From positions 64,001 to 128,000 of the forward strand of contig CAVYYI010000001.1 in the NCBI GenBank assembly GCA_963772725.1: DNA of 64,000 bases, read 5' to 3'. The notes beneath the pieces are model-generated. The model saw only the letters and a list, made by a program, of their open reading frames with translations. It searched no databases and had not been told where the DNA came from. The stretch comes from an uncultured Phycisphaerales bacterium (lineage in GTDB: Bacteria > Planctomycetota > Phycisphaerae > Sedimentisphaerales > Anaerobacaceae). The position numbers and the translations under genes were made by a program. Position 1 is the first letter of the stretch, and each line of letters starts with the position of its first letter. Of this stretch, positions 58,279 to 64,000 are shown one piece after another.

Positions 58279-59305
58279 ACCTGAACTTTGGATAAGGATA
58301 TAGAAAAACGGCCTGTCTGCCGAAGGAAATAATATTGTTGTCACTAAAATATTATTGACCCTTAGGCAAAGGAGGCCGTCAAATGTTGGATTTTACCACA
58401 TTATTTGTAGATGTCGATGATTGTTGGAAAGTTTTTCAAAAAATTTATAATAAACACCTGCTTGATGATGGAACTATCCGGCGTAACAGGGATTGCAACT
58501 TAAGTATCAGTGAGATTATGACTATTATAATTGGCTTCTATAATTGGCTTCCAAACAAGCGGTTTTCGTACTTTTAAGGCATACTATCAGTATGTTCTCA
58601 AGCATCACAGATGCGATTTCCCCGATTTGGTCAGCTATGATAGATTTGTTTATCTTATTCCCAGGTCAGTTATTCCGATGTTTGTCTATTTACAGAGTTG
58701 CGGCATTGATAAACCGACAGGCATCTCTTTTATTGACAGTACATCTCTTAAAGTCTGTCATAACAAGCGAATCTGCCGTCACCGCGTTTTTGACGGTTTG
58801 GCTGCAATCGGGAAGACCACAATGGGATGGTTTTATGGCTTTAAGCTTCACCTTATAATAAATGAGTGCGGCGGATTATTGTCTTATCGGCTGACTGCTG
58901 GTAATGTTGCTGACAGCCGGATGGCAGAGCCTATGACAAAGGGTTTGTTTGGAAAGCTCTTTGGAGACAAGGGTTATATAGGCAAAGGCCTGTTTGAAAA
59001 GCTGCTGAGCAAAGGCGTCAAATTGATAACCAATGTTCGTAAGAATATGAAATCCTGCCTGATGGAATTGGAGGATAAGATTTTGTTGAGAAAACGTTCA
59101 CTGATTGAAACCGTAAATGATACGCTGAAAAATGTTTGCCAGATTGAGCATTCTCGGCATCGCAGCCCGATTAATTTTCTGGCACATTTGATAGCCGGTC
59201 TTGTAGCCTATACAAGATTGCCGAAAAAACCTTCGCTAAAAATAGAAAGTATCAAATATCAGTCAGGAAAAAGTGTTTATCTCATTGCTTAAACAAAGTT
59301 CAGGT
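58279..59305 (+). mobile_element. IS982-family element B; transposase 58383-59292 frameshifted by a 13-bp tandem duplication
   Basis: TIRs ACCTGAACTTTG / CAAAGTTCAGGT; TATAATTGGCTTC x2 at 58526-58551; no matching TSD seen. Confidence 0.92.
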
Positions 59306-59307
59306 TA

Positions 59308-60047
59308 AAAAGACTATTTCCGGAAATAATCGATACAATCGTTAAAGTTTGCCTAAATTACGCGCAAAAATGAGCATTTTCTTCGCATTTTTTGAAGAAT
59401 TTTGAACAATTTTTAAGAAAAATGCACGCGATTTGAGCATTTTTTAACACTTTTTGAAAGAATGCGTTTTCGGCGGAAAGGAGCAAATGTTAAGATAGGT
59501 AAAGTTCGTCGTTCGTCGCTCGTCGCTGGTCGCTCGAGTTTTAAAAGAAGTCCAGGAGCCGGAAGCCAGAATGGAAGGAACGGTATTGCGTCGTGCGGGG
59601 TGCGTATTGCGTATGAAAGCAAAAGGCAACCACGAAGACTCTAAGGCACAAAGAAAATAATGGCCACAAAAAAGCACAAGAAAAATTTTCGATTTGCGAA
59701 TTCCGATTTACGATTTATTTTAACCACGAATTACCACGAATGAACACAAGAAAACACGAAGAATATTTTATCCGCAGATTCACACAGATAAACGCAGATT
59801 ATTTTGACCACGAAGAATTTTCACCGCTGCGCAGTTTTATCCTTAAAGCAATTGAAGAACTTAGATAGGCTTATTCCAAAGACCTCTGCCTTGTCCGCAG
59901 AATCCCGACAAGAACGGGCATCTTTATAAGCCGGACAAATAACACGGGTTTTTTCGATTGCCGATTTTATGATTATAAGATGAAAAGGCTTGACAATTTG
60001 ATTGGTTGGCCGCAGAATGGCGGGGCGAAGATTAATGAATAATGAAT
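59308..60047 (+). repeat. Non-coding repeat hub, copy B (series of different 7-10-mer tandem tracts)
   Basis: Reverse complement of 20343-21147; tracts TCGTCGY, TGCGNNN, CGAWTTN, NNAMCACRAR, NNCRCAGATW, AATGAAT. Confidence 0.93.
59990..60018 (+). promoter_or_regulatory. Candidate sigma70 promoter for the four-helix-bundle gene and cas12f
   Basis: TTGACA-17 nt-CAGAAT. Confidence 0.5.
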
Positions 60048-60048
60048 A

Positions 60049-60414
60049 GTGAATAATAGGGAAAATATTCTGCATGATAAAAGTTATGCCTTTGCATTGA
60101 AGGTTGTGCAAATGTATAAAGAAATTGTTGAACAGAAAAAAGAATATGTTTTAAGCAAACAGATTTTACGTTCAGGAACAGCAATAGGCGCGATGGTACG
60201 GGAATCTGAATATGCCCAGTCTAAGGCTGATTTTGTAAACAAGCTGAGTGTCGGCTTGAAAGAAGCTAATGAAACAGACTATTGGCTGTCATTGATGCTT
60301 GAGAGCAAATATATTTCTCGGGGGCAATACGATAAAGTATCCTCTTTATGCATAGAACTAATAAAAATCATAACGGCAAGTATCAATACGGCAAAAAGAA
60401 TGAATAATGAATAA
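60049..60414 (+). CDS. Four-helix-bundle protein (TIGR02436 / 23S rRNA IVP-like)
   Basis: KSYAFAL, EYVLSKQILRSGTAIGA, AQSKADFVNKL, KEANETDYWL motifs. Confidence 0.9.
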   Translation: MNNRENILHDKSYAFALKVVQMYKEIVEQKKEYVLSKQILRSGTAIGAMVRESEYAQSKADFVNKLSVGLKEANETDYWLSLMLESKYISRGQYDKVSSLCIELIKIITASINTAKRMNNE

Positions 60415-60462
60415 TAGCGGGAATTATTTTGTGGTGGATTTAAGGATATTTGGGGAATAAAA

Positions 60463-61902
60463 ATGACGGAGCAACAAGTGACCGACAAAGAACCGAGACT
60501 TCAAAAGGTCGCTACATTTCAAATTATTAAACCTTTAAACATGCAATGGTCCGAATTCGGAAAAATGATTCGAGATGTTCGTTACAGATACTGGCGTTTG
60601 GCTAATATGGCATTGTGCGAAAATTACATGAGATTCTACCAGTTTCGCACCGGACAAACCAATTCAACCGAAAATCATAAGGTCAAAATAATTAACAGGA
60701 ATTTGCGCAAGGCGATTTTAGAAGAAAAAAATGCCGATGAAAAAGACCTATTGCGATATTCACGTGACGGAGCTGTTTCAGGTTACATCTGCGGCGCATT
60801 TGAGAAAATGAAATTAAACGCCGTAAAAAGCCCATCAAAATGGAGAGAAATAGTAAGGGGCATATCTTCTCTGCCCGTTTTCAAAAAAGATTTAGCAATA
60901 CCTATAAACTGCAGCAGTAACAAACCAAGTATAATAGAAAAAACTGAGTCAGGAGAATTTGAGGTAGATTTAAGGATTTGCCAGCAGCCATATCCGCGAA
61001 TTTTATTATCGACGGCAAAAATAAGCGGGGGAGAAAGAGCAATACTGGAAAGGCTTGTTTCCAATAAGACAAATAGTTTGCCGGGTTATCGGCATCGCTT
61101 TTTTGAGGTAAAGGAAAAAAGGGGTAAATGGTATCTTCATGTCTGTTATGATTTCCCGAGGGCAGAAACGGGAAAACTTCATTCTGATATAATTATCGGC
61201 GTAGATTTGGGGTGGTCAGTGCCTTTATATGCGGCAATAAATAACGGCAAAGCAAGAATCGGATACAAAAAATTAAAGGCTTTGGGGGAAAATATCAAGG
61301 CACTGCAAAGACAAACAATGGCAAGAAGGCGATCAATTCAGAATACAGGTGTGCAGGATATAGCTGGTTCAACCGCGCGTTCGGGGCATGGACGCAACCG
61401 CATTTTGCAGCCGATAGAAAAATTAGAGGGGAAAATAGATAATGCCTATACGACATTAAATCACCAGCTTTCGCGATGTGTAATTGAATTTGCTAAAAGT
61501 CACGGAGCAGGCGTAATACAGATTGAAAATTTAAAGGGCTTAAAAGACGCATTAGCAGGGACTTTCCTCGGTATGAACTGGCGGAGGGAACAGCTACAGA
61601 ATTATATCAAGTACAAGGCAAAAGAAGCGGGAATAGAAGTAAAGGAAGTAAATCCTTTTTATACTTCTCGAAGGTGCAGCCAATGCGGTTTTATTCATAA
61701 AGATTTTAATTTTGAATACAGACAGGCCAACAGGAAAAATGGCAAATCGGCAATGTTTGTTTGTGTAAATCCGGAATGCAAATATGAAGAAAACGCGGAT
61801 TACAATGCCGCCAGAAACCTTGCAACAGCCGATATTGAGGAAGAAATTCGCTTGCAATGCAAATCTCAAGGGATAGAATACAGAGAGTTCGATAAAGACT
61901 GA
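60463..61902 (+). CDS. cas12f: Type V-F CRISPR effector Cas12f1 (AsCas12f1/C2c10-like), 479 aa
   Basis: N-terminus KVATFQIIKPLNMQWSEFG resembles AsCas12f1 as I recall it; RuvC-I GVDLG (D248), ARSGHGR, RuvC-II IQIENL (E355), zinc finger CSQC…CVNPEC, RuvC-III NADYNAARN (D446); adjacent array. Confidence 0.9.
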   Translation: MTEQQVTDKEPRLQKVATFQIIKPLNMQWSEFGKMIRDVRYRYWRLANMALCENYMRFYQFRTGQTNSTENHKVKIINRNLRKAILEEKNADEKDLLRYSRDGAVSGYICGAFEKMKLNAVKSPSKWREIVRGISSLPVFKKDLAIPINCSSNKPSIIEKTESGEFEVDLRICQQPYPRILLSTAKISGGERAILERLVSNKTNSLPGYRHRFFEVKEKRGKWYLHVCYDFPRAETGKLHSDIIIGVDLGWSVPLYAAINNGKARIGYKKLKALGENIKALQRQTMARRRSIQNTGVQDIAGSTARSGHGRNRILQPIEKLEGKIDNAYTTLNHQLSRCVIEFAKSHGAGVIQIENLKGLKDALAGTFLGMNWRREQLQNYIKYKAKEAGIEVKEVNPFYTSRRCSQCGFIHKDFNFEYRQANRKNGKSAMFVCVNPECKYEENADYNAARNLATADIEEEIRLQCKSQGIEYREFDKD

Positions 61903-61929
61903 TTTTTAAAACAGTTCTTTGAAATAAGA

Positions 61930-62081
61930 ATATTAAGACTGCCGGTTAACGTTACGATAGCCTACGGGCAATTGCGGGCGCGGCAGCTTAGGCCGACTCG
62001 AACGGCCTGAAAGTTGAGAAGGCACAGATAAGAGAAAACTTGTTTTCCAATGTGTTCGCTCACTAATACACGCAGTTTTTT
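61930..62081 (+). ncRNA. Predicted tracrRNA (ends approximate)
   Basis: Stems CTGCCG/CGGCAG and AGGCCG/CGGCCT; loop CTCGAA complementary to repeat TTCGAG; 3' TACACGCAG complementary to repeat TTGCGATGTA; T6 tract. Confidence 0.75.
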
Positions 62082-62131
62082 AAGGATAGAATCCTTATAA
62101 AGGAATTGTTACAAAGAAGTTATAAATACAC

Positions 62132-62299
62132 GGTGTAAATGACAGTCTTTTGCGATGTACTTCGAGGAGCTAAGGCATTGTTTGAGACAATCAGATTGGT
62201 GTAAATGACAGTCTTTTGCGATGTACTTCGAGGTTCGATGCGAGCCTTTGATTGTTTAATTGTGGTGTAAATGACAGTCTTTTGCGATGTACTTTAATG
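62132..62299 (+). CRISPR. Mini CRISPR array: 36-nt repeat GGTGTAAATGACAGTCTTTTGCGATGTACTTCGAGG x3, two 30-nt spacers
   Basis: Repeats at 62132-62167 and 62198-62233 are identical; 62264-62299 matches the first 31 nt. Spacers at 62168-62197 and 62234-62263; period 66; AT-rich leader 62082-62131. Confidence 0.93.
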
Positions 62300-62330
62300 G
62301 ACATAAAATTTGTATTAACTGGGGCTATTT

Positions 62331-62540
62331 TTGACAGACGTAAATGCTTTAAATATATATACTGATGGTTCATTTTATTCATCTCCAAGACGTGGGGGTA
62401 TTGGAATAAGATTTGTATATCCAGAGTTTATGAATAAAGAGGAAGAGGACTTTGATTGTGAGGGATATATCTGCCTCAGAAAATATGGAAATATAAATAT
62501 AAGGTTATGTCACATGAAAGCCCTTACTATGAAAATATAG
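62331..62540 (+). pseudogene. RNase HI N-terminal fragment
   Basis: LNIYTDGS…RGGIGIRF motif; similarity is lost after about 45 aa. Confidence 0.6.
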
Positions 62541-62678
62541 ATATAATCTATTATAAAGGATTGTTGCGAGTCGGACATACATATTGGTTAGTTTAAATAA
62601 GAATGATAAATATCCTCAAATATCATGTGTCCATAATGAAATAGAAAATAAAGATTCGGTTATAATTTGAAACAAAAT

Positions 62679-62707
62679 CCCGTGGCCACAGGTGCCACGG
62701 CTAATCC
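62679..62707. repeat. REP palindrome (variant)
   Basis: CCGTGGC-CACAGGT-GCCACGG-CTAATC: same loop and tail as the other REPs, different stem. Confidence 0.8.
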
Positions 62708-62791
62708 GAGGGAGAAGGGGGCATCGGAAAAAGAATACTTGCAAATTTGGGCGGTATGAAATTGAACAGTTGAGAGAAAAACACTTTTAAA

Positions 62792-62820
62792 GGCCCCAGC
62801 CACAGGTGCTGGGGCTAATC
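62792..62820. repeat. REP palindrome
   Basis: GGCCCCAGC-CACAGGT-GCTGGGGC-TAATC; exact inverted copy at 63345-63373. Confidence 0.85.
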
Positions 62821-62831
62821 CATTCAAGAAC

Positions 62832-63281
62832 TTAATATTGATGATTTTCAATATATTTAAATCTGGCTGCAAACTCTTCTTCGGAAAAACAAAACCTTAT
62901 ATCATACCCTTTGGTCCAAAGACGTCCTTCGCGGCCATTCTGCCAGAGAGCGCGAGTAGTTATACTTTTATAACGGCTCGCAAGTTTCTCGATAAATTCT
63001 TTATGTGGCCGTGCAAGCAAATGGATATGATTTGAATAAACCGTTAACGCTTCGATAATGTGTTTAATTTTTTCCGCTTCAGCGAGAATAGTTTGTTTGA
63101 CAACTTTCTTTTCCTGCGCAGTCAACTTAACAATGGGCGTTTTTTGTCTATTGCGGTTTCTTTCCAGAAGTTTACCGTCGCCTTGAAGAATCTTGCCTCT
63201 ATCGACATATCCTCTCTCGTCGCCCGGCAGCCAACTTCCATAAGTTGTCCACGTCAACATATACCCGACAATTTCTGACAT
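62832..63281 (-). CDS. REP-associated tyrosine (HUH/Y1) transposase, RAYT
   Basis: TWTTYGSWLPGDERG, NHIHLL (HUH), LWTKGY, KYIEN; flanked by REPs. Confidence 0.85.
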   Translation of the reverse strand: MSEIVGYMLTWTTYGSWLPGDERGYVDRGKILQGDGKLLERNRNRQKTPIVKLTAQEKKVVKQTILAEAEKIKHIIEALTVYSNHIHLLARPHKEFIEKLASRYKSITTRALWQNGREGRLWTKGYDIRFCFSEEEFAARFKYIENHQY

Positions 63282-63344
63282 AAATAAAATAGTAATATTT
63301 CAAGAATCAATTGGCAATTGTTTTTTCCTTTTGATTCCGTTTTC

Positions 63345-63373
63345 GATTAGCCCCAGCACCTGTGGCTGGGGCC
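63345..63373. repeat. REP palindrome (inverted copy)
   Basis: GATTAGCCCCAGCACCTGTGGCTGGGGCC is the reverse complement of 62792-62820. Confidence 0.85.
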
Positions 63374-63379
63374 GACCGA

Positions 63380-63530
63380 ACCACCCAAAAAGAGCAGAAA
63401 AAGCATGATGAAAATCGCGATGCTTATCTAATGTCAGTGGGATTAAAAGTTTTGAGGTTCAGGAATGAAGATTTTTTAGCAAATCCGGAGGATATTCTTG
63501 AGCGTATAGGCAAGGCAGTAAAAGTTTATC
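63380..63530 (+). pseudogene. DUF559/Vsr-like endonuclease C-terminal fragment
   Basis: QKKHDENRDAYLMSVGLKVLRFRNEDF…ILERI; no N-terminal half, begins right after a REP. Confidence 0.7.
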
Positions 63531-64000
63531 CCTGGAGGAGGCTGAAGACGGTGATTTCGGGTCTTGTGTTGAAGAACATTTTGCCGACTCGGCCGAGGCC
63601 CCGGTTTACGTAAAGCTGTTTATCTCCGACGTGGTACATGCCTGAATAATACTCGCGGCGTTTGCTGGCAGATTTTTTGCGGCGGTTGCTCCATTCGGTG
63701 GGTATGCCGTGTGTATGGCCTGACATAACGGCGCGGGTGGAAAAGCCGTCGAGATAATCTATGGAATCGGGGTTGTGAGCCAAAGTGATAACGGGTTCTT
63801 TTTTGCCGATTCCGGCAAAGGCCTTTTGCGGTTCGAAATCGTCGGCCCATAAATCGCCGAGTCCAACGAGCCATAATTCGCGGTCGCCGATTTGTACTGC
63901 TTTGGATTCGTTGCGAAGGATAGTTATGCCCTGACTTTGCATACCTTCAACCATTCGCGGCAAAGCGTCCTGCCGTTTGGAACCCAGGACGCCTCCGAGG
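63526..64000 (-). CDS. Metallophosphoesterase (YkuE-like), 5' truncated by window edge
   Basis: LRNES, GLGD, LAHNPD, SGHTHG, YVNRGLG, RPEITVF. Confidence 0.85.
   Translation of the reverse strand, partial: LGGVLGSKRQDALPRMVEGMQSQGITILRNESKAVQIGDRELWLVGLGDLWADDFEPQKAFAGIGKKEPVITLAHNPDSIDYLDGFSTRAVMSGHTHGIPTEWSNRRKKSASKRREYYSGMYHVGDKQLYVNRGLGRVGKMFFNTRPEITVFSLLQG

Noticed and set aside
59821..60111. Short ORFs inside the repeat hubs (also 20321-20569, 20579-20779, 59413-59677)
   Set aside because: No recognisable domains, and starts differ between the two copies; probably spurious.
60049..60414. Diversity-generating retroelement (Avd-like gene)
   Set aside because: No reverse transcriptase and no TR/VR pair with adenine-specific mismatches seen in the window.
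60463..61902. Plain IS200/IS605 TnpB, or a nuclease-dead Cas12f working with a sigma factor
   Set aside because: A true repeat-spacer array and tracr-like RNA follow the gene, all three catalytic residues are present, and the ECF sigma is 43 kb away with its own anti-sigma.
61935..61943. AAGACTGCC as an anti-repeat to GACAGTCTT
   Set aside because: Only 7 contiguous bp, and it overlaps the CTGCCG/CGGCAG stem; the other two pairings fit better.
62168..62197. Spacer 1 targeting IS982-B (AAAGGCCTGTTTGAAA near 58984)
   Set aside because: Only a short, gapped partial match, consistent with chance.

Overview
The window looks like a bacterial chromosome segment, probably Planctomycetota/Phycisphaerae (inferred from the dockerin-like C-termini, PSPA-type Fn3 modules and the groEL-groES-groEL-dnaJ-grpE layout). 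Many single-base indels in essential genes suggest an unpolished long-read assembly. It contains: (i) housekeeping and heat-shock genes (sirC, rplU, dat, queD-like, mcsA/mcsB, dnaK, mnmE, yidC, ECF sigma/anti-sigma, two groEL, groES, dnaJ, grpE), with sigma54-type promoters before dnaK and groEL; (ii) a large secreted glycan-degradation cluster: two GH29, three GH16-type proteins, a modular FAD oxidoreductase, and four paralogues of a giant modular protein whose core I cannot assign; (iii) many mobile elements: three copies of a 1.65-kb DDE IS (two as a tandem dimer under one TSD), an IS5, two IS982 (one carrying a captured end of the other), a 135-bp MITE, and a RAYT with REPs; (iv) the highlight, a compact type V-F CRISPR locus at 60.4-62.3 kb. 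It has a 479-aa AsCas12f1-like nuclease with an intact RuvC triad, a readable tracrRNA (pseudoknot loop plus 3' anti-repeat) and a 3-repeat array, with no cas1/2/4 in the window. Upstream lie a four-helix-bundle gene bracketed by AATGAAT repeats and a ~750-800-bp non-coding hub of diverse 7-10-mer tandem repeats, which is duplicated in inverted orientation at 20.3-21.1 kb.
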